Positions 30,741-45,230 of a DNA stretch of 64,000 nucleotides are shown piece by piece. The notes beneath the pieces are model-generated. The model was not told the origin of the DNA. It did no database searches and was given only the letters and a program-made list of their open reading frames with translations. Location: NCBI RefSeq assembly GCF_009914755.1, contig NC_060939.1, one strand, 5' to 3'. The translations under genes and the position numbers were made by a program. Within the stretch, counting starts at the first letter, position 1. Every line of letters begins with the position of its first letter. Origin of the DNA: the human T2T-CHM13v2.0 reference genome, Homo sapiens.

Positions 30741-30746
30741 TTTATT
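30741..30746 (-). terminator. Poly(A) signal, MEGF11
   Basis: tttatt on + is AATAAA on -, at the end of a 2.6-kb, largely repeat-free 3' UTR with many upstream UGUA elements. Confidence 0.7.
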
Positions 30747-33357
30747 TTGTACAAGGTACAATCCCTCTGCACAGTGAACATATATTACAAATCTGTGATT
30801 TAAAAAAGTATTGCCGTTTCATAGTCTCATTAATACCTCTGTACAATAATGGTTTTTCTTTCATTCATTTTAATTGTACACATATTAATTTTTTGAAAAT
30901 TTAGTTTCTGAAAAATAATTGAACAGATCTTTCAAAGTCACCCATAAAATGCACAGTATACATGTTTAGGCTGACCATGAACCTATTTGTGATGGTGTTA
31001 GACAGAAGTTTCTAACAGTTGCTTTGTAAGATTGAAATGTCTTTTACTGATAACTGTTCGATAGGGGAAGGCAGCTATTGTCACCATAATCACACCCTCT
31101 GCCTTTCCCTTCTCCTCTGTATTGCCTGGTTTGACTTGTATTACATTTCCTTAAAAAGTCATGGACTGCTAGAGCTGAAGGGTTAGTAGAGCTGTCTTCC
31201 CACTCTCTGCTTCTCCCCTTTTTATGCATAGGAAAAAAGGGAGCCCAGAGAGGGCGACTAACTTGACCAGAGTAACACTGAAATCTCTTGATTCAGTGTC
31301 TAGCCATTCCACCTCTTGCTGAATACCTTTGCCCAGAGGATAGTTGACAAAAGCGGCGAAACTTCAAACTTGAGTGATGCTGCTTGTTTGCAGTTTGCCA
31401 GGCAGCAGTTATTGTACATGCAGGATAAGGGAAGAAGAGAAAACCTGGGATTGAGTTGAAGTTTCTCCTTGCTGATCTGACATCTTCATGCTGCTCATCC
31501 TTGCTTCACAAACACTTGCTGCCCTGAAATACTGAGGTAAGCTGCTTACCTATATTTCTTTCTACATATGTATGAGAAATATTTACTTGGGTCTCCAAAG
31601 TAATTTTCTAATATTTATATTTTAATAAGGCTTTTTTGGAAAGTAAATTTACTATTGCTACTCAGTTGCTCCCATGCACACATGCAACATTCATGTAAGT
31701 ATTACATATTTTCCTCTAACAGTAAAATCTGCTTATGCCTTGAGTGATGTGGGAAGGGGAGATGTACTCATTTATTTATTTTTTTGCTTTTTCTGATTAT
31801 TGCCCAAAGTATTGTGTTCCATGGCAGGCTTCCAGTTTCTATCAAGGGTTTCAGAACTCTCATACTTCCTGTAGCAGTATTCCAGCTTCGCAGTCATTTA
31901 GTTCCTCTTCTGTGTATCTTTTTGGAAGTGTTTTTTACTGGCTGGACTGTACCAGTGAATAGAGTGGTACAGGAGTAGCCGTTAGCTTCCTAGGTTTGCC
32001 CTTTTTGTTTTTAATTCTTGTGAGAAGGTTCTCTTTAGGGCTTGGGAGTTGATTTCATTTCATTTGGACTTATCTGAGCCTCAGTTTATCTGTGTTCATA
32101 GTGGAAGGTATAGACACATCTGAATACTGGGATCTGGAGCATTAGCTCATTGTAATGCATATTGGGCTAGCTCAGTAAGTAGTAGTTTTAAGATAGAAGG
32201 TGGAAGGACTTCATATCCTCATGCTGTTTACAGTAACGTTTTTACATCACGTTACAGCAACTGGTTACAGTCCATTCTTTTTTTGATCATTTAGTTCCAT
32301 TAAAAAGCATAATGTACTTTAAGCAGTGTAAACTTGCTGTATCCACATTTGTCCAATTTCCTGTATACTTTTAGGTTTCATACTACGTCAATCTCAAGAT
32401 TTATGAAGAACTTGAAAGCAAGTACTCTTGAGTCAAGGGATGCTGACCAAATAAAATGAGGAGGCCAACTAGCCGTCTTTTACTTAATCCCGACCAGTCT
32501 ATGACTGCTTGCTTAAAGGATCATCTTAGAGCTCTGTTTTACATGGAATGATTCAGGTGTCGGATGGACTAAGTAGATATGACAAAGCCAGGACTAACTT
32601 GTAATGTCCTTGAACTTTGAATTGGCAAAATTTGATAAAGCTGCCCTAGGAATCTTATTGTAGACTGAAAGAGACACTGCTGCACTTTGGAAACGTGTGT
32701 GTGTGTCTCTGTGTGTTTAAACCTATCACTTAGGGGGCAGAAGAAAGTAAAGTCTTGTTTTTTAAAATAGAAGTTGTCAGCATTAGACTATATAGATTCT
32801 GTAATCTTGGCTGTTGTAATTTGATGGACCAGACAGATATGTACAGACATTTTAAGACTGTTCTGTTTAAGAACAGTTCATGTCTGTGTACTAATTGTCT
32901 TCGGTAATAAAACAGATGTTGATGGTAACAGCAACCAAAAGTACATATACGTTTCAGGTGCTTTAAAGTAATCCTCTTCCCTCCCCAGTCTCCTTTTTGT
33001 CCTAGGAAGGTTTGTTAAACCTACATGTTTTTAAAATATCACGTTTCAGATAAATATATATATATATATCAGCTATATTTAGCTGATGTTGATGAGTAGC
33101 TGTATCTTAAAATGTTTTAAAAATCATATAATCCAGGGCATTTGGGGCTGAGTGGGTGATAGGATTTGCCTTTGAGAACACAATTCCTTGAACAATTATC
33201 CCAGTCCCACCTGGACGCTCTTCTTTAGTTCCAGGTGAACGTAATAACTAACATGCAGCTGGAGCCAGTCTGTACCATTACTTCAAGTCAAGGGACTGTC
33301 TTCTTTCAGAGTCAGAATATTCAGTAGAGCACACTGCAAGAGAGAAGCTTATCCCTC

Positions 33358-33543
<186 letters not shown>

Positions 33544-33865
33544 TCAGAGAACAGATTAGCTTTGGTTGCCTTGTTGGAGAGGAAGAGAGTTCTACTTAAC
33601 TTGGGGAAAGGAGCCAGGGATTTATAAATCTATGGCAAATACATGAGGGTTAGGACTGAGGCTTGCTCAGGAGATGGAAAACTAAGTGAATGTGCTGTCA
33701 ACATCCAAGCCTCTCATCAACACCAAAGGATTTAAAATATCCTAGAGGTAGGAGTCTTACCAGTGAGCCCAGGGACATAAACTGGGAGAAGGTAGAAGGT
33801 GATTTAGAGACTTGTTGATGTCTCTGATTGCTTTCTTTTTTAAAATGAGATTTGTATCAACAATC

Positions 33866-33900
33866 TGTGTGTGTGTGTGCGCGCGTGCACGTGCATGTGC
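33866..33900. repeat. (TG)n/(CG)n alternating purine-pyrimidine tract
   Basis: tgtgtgtgtgtgtgcgcgcgtgcacgtgcatgtgc, 35 bp strictly alternating. Confidence 0.85.
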
Positions 33901-34137
33901 CCATTTCCCACCCCCAGTATTTGTTTCATATTAGTCCTGGTGTTTTTTAAAGCAGAGTTGGTACAATAATTTGACTTCCTGCATTAGCTAGGAGGGTAGT
34001 CCTAGGAAAGACAGTTCACCTTAGAGATGCCTTTAAAAGCAACAAAAGAAGGATGTGTGGTCAAGGTGGGGTGAGTGGAGAGGGCTTGCTTTTACTTCAA
34101 ATGCTGCACTATTGCCCTGATTTCACTAAGTTACTTA

Positions 34138-34404
<267 letters not shown>

Positions 34405-34823
34405 TCATGTTAATATCAGAAGCAGACTGCAGTTGAGTTTATGTGCCTTCAGGATCTTAGAGCTGGAAAAGCCAGGATAATCCAAGATTTATTTACTTAT
34501 TAAATGTGCTGAGAAGTGCTCTCCCAGGTAGGCAGAGTTCTTTTTCCAAAGAAACTTATGTTTTTGGAGGATAGGAACATTTTTGTTTTTAGTAGTTGGG
34601 TATTAATTCAAGATATGCATAATATGCTTTGACATGTATTTAATTTTTGTAAATTCCTGCAAGGGTTGCTGATAGTTGCATTTTATGAGATCAAGGCTCA
34701 GAGATATGAAGTGACTTAGCTAAAGTCACACAGCTAGTGAATGGCAGTGCCAAGAATTGAATCCATGCCTTTGGACTCCTTGGCCTGTGCATTTTCTGTG
34801 ATGATATTCTTGTGAATTCTTCT

Positions 34824-34930
34824 TTTTTGAGATGTTGCCTAGGCTGGTCTCAAACTCCTGGGCTTAAGTGATTCTCCCGCCTCAGCCTCCTGAGTAGCTG
34901 GTATTATCGGTACGTGCCACCACACCTGAC
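34824..34930 (-). mobile_element. Partial Alu monomer
   Basis: gttgcctaggctggtctcaaactcctgggcttaagtgattctcccgcctcagcc. Confidence 0.8.
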
Positions 34931-36353
34931 TTGAATTGTTTTCAATGACTGAGAAGCTTAGGTTCAGAAGAAGTAGGCATGCATGTTTTAGCACAGATGT
35001 CAGCAATTTGACAGCCTATAAGTGGCAGACTCTTAGCAGTATCCCTGCCCTCCAGGAGCTCATCAGAATAGGGTAGACTGAAGTGTAATTGAGGTGTAAA
35101 AAGCACGTCAGTCTTAAGCTAGCCTTTGGAAAGTTCCTGTTTTCTAGCAAGCCTGTAACGTGTTCTTGGGTTGCTTACCCCCCTGTTCTTGTCAATGCTA
35201 ACTGAAACCTATTTCAGCAGTATCTTTCTGATACTAGAGCTCATGCTTCCTTTCCTGCCACCTCTCAGTTGTATAGTTGTACCATCCCCGAGACTTCAGA
35301 GTACAAAAGGATGCAGGCTGGTTTCCAAATATGAAATGAGGTACTGTAGTTTCACTGGAGGAAGATGGGTTCTTTAGTGACTGGGAGTTACGGAAGGAAA
35401 GGGGATTCCCTCTTTCAGCCTCTGTACCATTCTCTGTTTGGGGAAGATCACTGACTCCTGCAGATAGTCCCAGGCAAGGCAGGATTTGCCTGGAAAGAGC
35501 AGTAAACTCTAATCTAGCAGCTCTGACCTTCTTCTGTGAAGCTCTGCTAGACAAGGGATCTAGACACAAGCACTGAGCTGCTTGAGTTGATAGAAGTGAT
35601 CTAAAAGGCGTCTCAGCACTAAATTTCTGTGAAAGGTAGCAGATGGTGAAATTCTTGGATGATCTGTCACTAGAACTACCACAGTTTACATTTTGGGCTG
35701 CTATTTATGCTGTCTCCAATTTGTGAGAGTAATGAAAATGGTAAAAAGTGAAAGTGATAATGTAACTCAATGGATGTCTTAGATGTACCTTGGGACCCTG
35801 AAAGCAGAACACTCCGTATGGCTGAAGTAGCTAGATGTGTGCCACCACAAGTAGTCTTATCTCCCATAAAAGGCAACTGGTTGGAAGAGTATTTACTTTT
35901 CTGTTAAAGTAGATGTCCATTCTGTTGATGTTTGTTTCAGCAGATAGTATTTCCTCAATCTTGTACAAAAATATGTTCAGCCATTAGTTCCTTCAAGTGT
36001 TCACACAACACTCTGTGGTATAGGTAGAGCAATAATTCTCTCTCTCCTTCTCCTCTCATTGCTTATTGAGGAAGTCATTGCTTATGAGATTTAGAGTGGA
36101 AATTGACTTCCTCAGGATCACACTGCTTATCACTAGCAGAGCAAACTCTGTAGAACCAGGCTCAGCATTTTCCATCACAATTTAGCCCAGAAGTAGAGAG
36201 GGATATTGGCTTTAGTCACGTCTTAAGATTGTGGCCTCTTTAGCATATGACTCTAGAGAGAAGGAGAAAACATCCTTGCGAGACACTGAACGATCTCAGC
36301 TAGCACCAGCAAGGCCTAAAGGGAGGCCAGATATAGGCCCAGATGCTGGTTGA

Positions 36354-36576
<223 letters not shown>

Positions 36577-36641
36577 TTAGTACAAGGAAGTGGTGGTAAG
36601 TCCAAGAACCCCAGCATGGCCCATCTGTCCCACTTTGGGTT

Positions 36642-37475
36642 CTCTGAACTCACCAGCCAAGGAGTAAGGCAATAAGGCACAGAGCTTCTGGTTTGGAAGC
36701 TGAGGACTAGTAGTATTTAAAGAAAGGCTATTGCACCTGCCTCAACTGCATATTTTCTAACGTGATGAATAACCACTTTATGTAGCAATTATAGTCTTCA
36801 TTCCAATTAGGTCATTTGAAACTTGTTACATAATGAATAGGGCTGTGCAGAAAGGACTATTACTACTTCAGAATGAGGAATCTGAAGCTCAGAAAATTTG
36901 CTAGTATAATTCCTAATGTTAGTAAGTAGTTGAACCCCTATTGTCTCTTAGTTGATACCAATCAAGATGTTTTCCCTCACTACGTGTCTTGTTATCCAGT
37001 GCTCCTGTCCTTATCTCTAAAGGCAAACTGTATCTGCAGCAGCTCCACCTTACTCTGAACTCACCAGTCAAGGAGTAAGGCAGTAAGGCACAGAGCTTCT
37101 GGTTTGGAAGCTGAGGACTAGTAGTATTTAAAGAAAAGCTATTGCAGCTGCCTCAACTGCATATTTTCTAACATGTGAGGAATAACCACTTTATGTAGCA
37201 CGTATAGTCTTCATTCCAATTAGGTCATTTGAAACTTGTTACATCGTGAATAGGGCTGGGCAGAAAGGACTGTTGTTTCTACTTTAGAATGAGGAATCTG
37301 AAGCTCAGAAAATTTGCTAATATAATTCCTAATGTTAGTAAATAGTTTAGTCAGGACTCAACCCCTGTCTTCTCTTGATACCAATCAAGATGTTTTCCCT
37401 CACTACGTGTCTTGTTATCCAGGGCTCCTGTCCATATCTCTAAAGGCAAACTGTATCTGCAGCAGCTACACCTTA
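36642..37475. repeat. Head-to-tail tandem duplication, units 36642-37052 and 37053-37475
   Basis: Both units start ctctgaactcaccag and end gcagcagct(c/a)cacctta; roughly 90% identical with small indels. Confidence 0.95.
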
Positions 37476-40112
37476 CCCTTAACAAGGAATGTCTTTCATC
37501 TATGGGGCTAAGCCCAGCTGAGAGAAAAAGGCTAAGCTCTTAAGTTTTTTGTGGATATCCCATGACTGAGTTAGGGCAGTAGGAGAGCCTTGAAGTTCAA
37601 TGCCTAAAAGAACCTCGGCCAGTTGATAGTGCCTCTTCTCATTTTCACCAGAAAAGTCGGGGCTACTTTAAAGTTTTGGGGAATCAATTGTTGGCTCTGG
37701 AGCAGGGGATGATCCTAAATGGATAAAAGAGAAGTTGATGTCTGTGGGGAGGGGCTAAGCTCAGGGGGAAGTATCTTCCATACAGGAGCAGAGGATGGAG
37801 CAGTGCATGTATGTGTTGGCTGGGTGGTGAGAAAAGGGTGTTGAATTATGGACTCTTCTGTACCCCATCTCTACTGGGACTGGAGAATGGGGAAGGGCTG
37901 GGCAAGCTGGAAACTCCACCTCAGGAAGCCACTTTGTTCTCCAGCTGAGTCATCCACCTGCCTGCAAGAGGGGAGGGCAGGGTTGAGTGGAAGAATAACC
38001 AGCTGCTCTTAGATACTTCCTCATCCTTTCATAGCCCCACCCCTGTCCCAGTCCCAGCCCTTCAGGGCATTTTGCAAAGAAAGAGGAAGCATCAACCCAG
38101 GCTACCCAAGCTCTGGGAGTCACTCCTCCAAGGCTTGTCATTTGCATCAGGATTGGCGGCTTGGTCCTGTAATGCCCTGGCATTTGGTCTCATCTGGTTC
38201 CTGCCTCCCCACATAGTCATACACTGTCAGAGACAGAGGGGGCTTCTGAGATGAACTAAACATTTTCATTTTATAAAGGGAGCATCAAATCTAGAGAGAG
38301 GCAGTGACTTTCCAGGGCCACCTTGTGTGTGGGATCTGAGCCCACCTTGGCTTCTAGGTGCATGCTAACCTCCACTAAGGCCCAACTTAACTGTCAGGGA
38401 AAAACCCAGGCACCGAATATCCATCTCTTGCTTCTTGGCTTGCTACTATTAATAGAAGGCCACACTGCCTCTTCTCTTCCTGGGCCATAAATTAGCATCC
38501 TTCTCTTGATTGAGAGATAGGAGGAGGAGGTCTTGGGGTCAGAACACTGGCTTTAAAAAGTAATCTTCAGGATGTCATTGGGCTCCTAACTACCTAAGAG
38601 CCCAAGTTTACGCAAAGACAGACTTGGAAGTTAGATGGGAACGAGCACACAGGTGGGGAAAGTGGCAGCAACAGTGGGCTCAAGGATTCCAGCATCATAA
38701 AGGCGATGGAGAATAGCAATTTGAAATGGCTGACAAGGAATTGAACACGAGGCAGTTTGTTGCAGAATCACTGTGCTAGGGGGAGAAGGGGAAATAGAAG
38801 GGTGTTGAGCAGTGTAAGTGGTCTCCCTTAACCTCCGGGATGACAGTGAGTGGAGTTCTTCAGTAAGTAACAGGGGAAAGGGCAGGCATTGACTAAGGCT
38901 TTTGGAATGTCAGAGCTTGAAAGGGCCTCAGAGATGCTGTTAGTACAGCCCCATCGTTTTATAGTGGAAGAAACCAAGACCCAGAAAACAGTGCTGTGAC
39001 CTGGTCAGCACCATACAGCAAGAACTAGGACTACAACCCACATTCCTTAACTCCTAGGCTAGGGCTTTTTCCCACTGAGTTCAGAGAACACTGAGACTCT
39101 TAATTCTTAGTAGTTCTGATTTGGTTTGGCCCAGTAGTTTTAGGAACTAGTTTCATTTGTGCTAGACTAGCTTATTAAGTGTTTATTTCGGGGGGCGTTA
39201 GCCAATTAGTGGGATTTATTCCATGTTTTGGTAAGTATTGTTATAAAGTTCTGAACTGTGACATCATATTTTCCTCTTTTTCAGTTCTCTTATTCTGATG
39301 TATTGGTCCCCAACACCTGCTGGTACATTTGCTTACATAGCTCTCTTTTCTTTTTAAAGGATGATTGTAGCCAGAGTGGTAAAATAAGATCTGGCTGGCT
39401 GCCTGCTGAGCCCTCGCCTGCACTCAGAGGTCAGATATATGATTCTACACAATAGTAATGAAATGTATGCTGAGGCAGAGACACTGCTTTCCTGAGCTTT
39501 GTTTTACATGTATGATTGCGAATCTGAAAGTAACCACCCTAATCAATGTACAGGACAACACAGTGCATAGGAAAGTTGTGTGTTCAGTTATTGGGGTTTC
39601 TGGTCCTGAGTTTATTCATGCTTGAGTCATGCGTGTTCTTCAGCTAGAAAGGCCCTTAGAGAGCTTTCTGCCCAATCCTTATACCTTTTTGAGAAAGAAA
39701 CTGAGGTGCCAGGTCATAGTCACGAAATAGAACTGTTCTTTGTTTTCAGCCTTACCTACTGTTCCTCATTTGGATGGTTTAAGTCAAAACACACAGAAAA
39801 TTGCCAAAATAATGCTTCCAAGGGAGTAATGTCTGTTGGCTGGCTGGGGATGACCTTTTGTCCTCAGACAGTTCTCTTGGGCTGTGTATATCCTAACAAA
39901 GGCCGATAGTGACTCAGCCTTATCGCTGTCTTGTTCAGAATGCAGTACTTACCACCATCCCCTACCCTGAGCTCACCCCACATCTAATCATCTCCCCAAA
40001 AGGACTGTAGACGACTAGCTGTTCTTGGTTAGGGAATGGTTGTGTCTTGGTGTATGTAAAACTAGGTCTGAAAGACTAGAACGGTAATCAGGGACATCTG
40101 GGTCAGTCTAGA

Positions 40113-40617
<505 letters not shown>

Positions 40618-41470
40618 TAAGCTGTTTTAAATAGACCTCCTAGACAAAAGAATAGCCCCATTACATTAGTACCACCTTTACAGTATGCAAAAAACACTTC
40701 CCATTGGTGATTTTATTGGTTACTCATGATAACCTTGTTAGACAGTAGGACAGGCATTAGACAATAGGACAGGCAAAATTATCCCAACCTTGCAGATGAG
40801 GAAACTGAGCCTTGGAAAGCTCACAGTCCAGTCTAAGGTCACAGTTAATGAGCAACAGAGTGGCAAGTGACAGAGTTCCAAAGCCCCCTATTTCACACAT
40901 TCCGGCATTTAAACCTAGGGCAGGACCTGACCTTTCATCTTTGGCTTCACCTGTAGACTTCCTAGAGGGATGATCCAACTTGCAGTTCCCATGTGTTAGG
41001 GATTTGTCTTGGCTTCTCTGCTCTTGGAGGCAGAGATCTCTTGAGGTTGGAGTGCCATACAATATTAACACTGCGTATCATTTTCATTCCTTGTGCCCCC
41101 AGAAAGCCAGCAGGTGCAGGGTGGCATTCCTTGCTAGTGCAACGACAGGAGGCCTCTGGGGCAGGTAGATCAACTTTATTTCAGATTTTATAATCAATTT
41201 AACTCGTACTAATTGGTTGGATAATGACGCTTTACATTTCCGAAGACATTTAGTTGGCATCTATAAAAAACCCACAAGCATTTGCTAAGCAGGTGCAACT
41301 GAAATCGAAAGATGAATTCATTATTATTATGATTGATTGCTCCTCCTGGGCACAGCTACCCAACAGCCCCAGGCCCTGTGGTCTTTTAACCTTCTGTGGG
41401 GGGCAGGCACACACAGTTTGTCTCAAGTGGAATTCCTGGCCATTTCAGATCTGCACTCTTTATCTTGCTA

Positions 41471-41614
<144 letters not shown>

Positions 41615-42668
41615 TTAGACTGCTTGTGTTCTTCTTTCTTTTCTTGCTTTTCCCCCCCCTTCTCCCCTACCCAGAAAATAAATAGTTGTTTATTGCTAGA
41701 AAATGATTCTGGGGGTTTAATCTACCTGAAATTGTTTTGATAAATGATTCTGGGTTTAATCCATCTGAAATTGTTTTGATTATAGGAATTATTAAAAGGC
41801 TCATAAGCTACAGCGACCCCCGGCATATTCAGCACTCCTTCCCTTTAACCTTCACCCTAGGGGAGTGTCTTTCAGGAAGGAATAAAAGGCTGTTCTGATG
41901 CCATTCCCTGCAGGTGAAACTCCAGGCTCCAAGGGTATAGGATAAGGAATGAAGCAGAACCAGTTCTTGGCTTGAGGGAAAGTTGTATGACATTACAAAT
42001 CACAGTTCTGTTGGAATTTGGCATGGGTTTGAAGACAGTATTTATCACCTCTCAGCTCTGGTCCTGTCTGTCCTCTCCTGGATCCAAGGCTTATCTGAGG
42101 GTAGCCAGAGAGAAACAGAGGGAGACAGGTGGCTGAGGTTCTTGATTAGTCATCTTTGTAGGATGTACAGACATTCCCTCCCATAGCCAGTTCTCTTAGT
42201 TACTCATTTTTTGGGGTGTGCCATTTGCACATAATGTAGAATTGTTTTTGAAAAGTATTACCAGTGTTTTCAGCCCCAAGGATTTCTTTCTACCTTTCGG
42301 CTGTCAGTTTTTTCCTAGGCTCCAACAATGCATGATGGCCCTGAGCCTCAGCCAGAGGCTTCAGGGACTAAGCTTGGGTTCTTTGCTGCTGGTGATCCCA
42401 GAAAAGAAATTGTTTGGCATTTCTAGGTTGGGACAGTAATGACTCTGGCTCAAAGTCAGAGCAATTTTTTCTTCTAGCTTTTAACTGAGGACACAGCACC
42501 AAGCAAGGCCTGCAGCAAGTACTTACTAAAATACAGTTTGACTCTCCTTGACTCTTCCCAGTTTCTGACACTGAAGACCACCCTGTTGCTATCGCTCCTC
42601 TACGTAGAGTTCCCATGTTGAATTTGAAAGCGTCTACTCCTATCTGCCTACGTTCCACATATTACTGA

Positions 42669-43018
<350 letters not shown>

Positions 43019-44457
43019 TCAAATTTGCTGTTTTTTCTGAGAGGCTTATAGGTACCTGTGTCCTTCAGAATCATGCCTGCAACTGCCTATATGCTGGCAT
43101 TAGTTCAGCACTTTATGCCAGACAAGGGCTTCCTTTGCCCTTCCTGAGGGAAGCTGGCTAGGGTATTAACTTTTCCTTTTTACAGAACAGGGAACAGGCC
43201 CAAAGAGCAACAGTGGCTTGTCCAAAACCACACTAGCAAGTGAGAAGCTGAGTTACAGTTAGAGCCCAGATCTCTCCAAGTATTCTCTCTCACTGGATAC
43301 CAGCCTGCCTGGGTGTAAGACAAATGCCAGCGCATGGCGCTCTGGCTACGCTAGTTGAAGAGTGAGATCTGTAAAGCAGGGAGAAATCTGGCCTAGTTCA
43401 GAGGATACTCCCTTGTAGAAAGAGATACAGGGTGGTGGTGGTGGGGCTGTGTGTGTGTGTATATGCTGGAATGGGAGAGATTGTAGTTGGTGGGGTTATT
43501 AAATGCCCTAGATACTGTCCAGGGGACCCACAGCTAATAACACAGCCTCCTGAGTATAGGCCCAGGGTCCATGCAGCCCATGCCTGCTCAGTGGGCAGAT
43601 GAATTCAGAACATTCACCCTTCCTGGTATTACTGGACCCAGGGACCTGCAGGGATTGGTAGAGCAGCTCAGTTTCCTTAGAGTTCTAGAAGCCACCTAGA
43701 GCCTGAGGTCAGGCCTAGAGTTGTCTGGTATACCAAGGCCCTGCCCCAGGGTGCCCCAGAGGAGCCACATTGTAGGGAGGCCACATTCTCTGTTCATTCA
43801 TTGCACTTGTTCCCATGATACCTTCTGTAACTCCTACCCACATGTTCCCATAATCAGGGCTAACTTTCCAAGTCTCTTGTGTGTGTGTCTCCCAAGCCAC
43901 CAGATTTCAGCCCAGGCTGTACTCAGTACATGAGTACAGGTGATGTTGGTTGATACATCCTGCCCCAGCCTCTCCAGATCCCTGTTTGACAACCCTACCC
44001 TGTGATTTGAGAAAGCTTGGCTTGGGCCACTGGGGTTTCTGGAGTCTCTGGGAGACATTGGACTTTATTGGCCAGAGAGCTAACTCCCTGTTATCCACTC
44101 CAACAGGGCCCAGAGAACCCCAAAGATGTCGCCATCCCCAAGTCATTTTTGAAAGGTGTAGGATTGTATTTTGTGGCCTGTAGGGAGGGCAGTTTTGTTG
44201 TATCTTCTCCACCCTAAATAGCCTGTTTGTTCACATCCACCGTTCACTATGGGAACAGAATGGGTGATGGGGAAGATCCAGACAGGTTTCCATCTTTAGA
44301 TAGGGGATTGAGCTGGTAGACATGTTGGGAGGGAAGAGGGCTTAAAAGGGAGAGTTCTGGGACCACAGGGTGGGGGTCAAGGTGCAGGGATGGGGATTAG
44401 GGCAGGTGCTGGGTCTGGTCTGGCATGAGGGGGTGGAGGGTAGGGCTGGGGTCTGAC

Positions 44458-44559
44458 CTGGTGAGTGTGGCTCAGCGGGGCGGCTGAGGTGTCTAAGTTC
44501 AATGTAGAAGTCCTCGGGCGGGTACCTGGCCTCCAGGGCACTGATCTGGAAATGGGAGT
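44458..44559 (-). CDS. MEGF11: MEGF11 cytoplasmic cassette-type exon (DSHFQISALEARYPPEDFYIELRHLSRPAEPHSP)
   Basis: ctctcactag|AC acceptor, CAG|gtcaga donor, 102 nt, phase 1-1, open frame. Confidence 0.82.
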
Positions 44560-45163
44560 CTAGTGAGAGGAATGACAGGGAGGAGCCATTATTCCCAGGG
44601 CCCTGGTATAGCAGGGGAAGGGGGTAGGAAGTACACAAGTGGGCCAGGGTCAGGGTGAGGCAGGCTGGGAGGACTTGGGGGCCTCTGTGTATAGCATCCA
44701 GAGGGGCCAGGGCCAGCGGGGCCAGGGGCTCTGTTAGAGCCAAGGTCATCTGCCTTGTTTCCCCTCTCCTTCCCTCCCTCCCTCCCTCTGCAGGAATTAG
44801 TGCTCCTCCACCAGGGAGGAGGCAGGGGGAAGAAGCCCTTGAAAGGAGCACCTTGGTAGGGCCTGGGTCAAGCAGAGGTTCCTATCCAGATGGTGAGTGT
44901 GTCTTTTGCTTCCATCTGGAATCCCTACACCCTGGCCCTGGTTTTCTCCCTTATGGTCCCTGGGTCATAGCAGGGACTTAGCCCTAATATAGTAATGGAA
45001 AGGGATTCTTGGGCTTCATCTGCTTGTGAGAGCCAAAATTTCTCCCTGGGGGAAACCATGTTCAGAACTCATAACCCTGTCCCTTCAAGCTGGGTGCTTC
45101 TCAATATGGAAGAAGAATAGGGTGGGACATGATGGTGGGGACCAGACTCACACCACTACTGAC

Positions 45164-45230
45164 CTAACACGTTCACATAGCTGTAGGGGGTCCAGCCTGC
45201 TGTGTCTCTGTCAAGGGACTTGTTACTGAG
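45164..45230 (-). CDS. MEGF11: MEGF11 cytoplasmic exon (LSNKSLDRDTAGWTPYSYVNVL)
   Basis: ctccaaacag|CT acceptor, TAG|gtcagt donor, 67 nt, phase 0-1; restores frame with the 119-nt exon. Confidence 0.82.

Noticed and set aside
43325-43342. CTCF-like or NRF1-like motif tgccagcgcatggcgctc
   Set aside because: The central positions mismatch both consensus motifs; not supportable without ChIP data.
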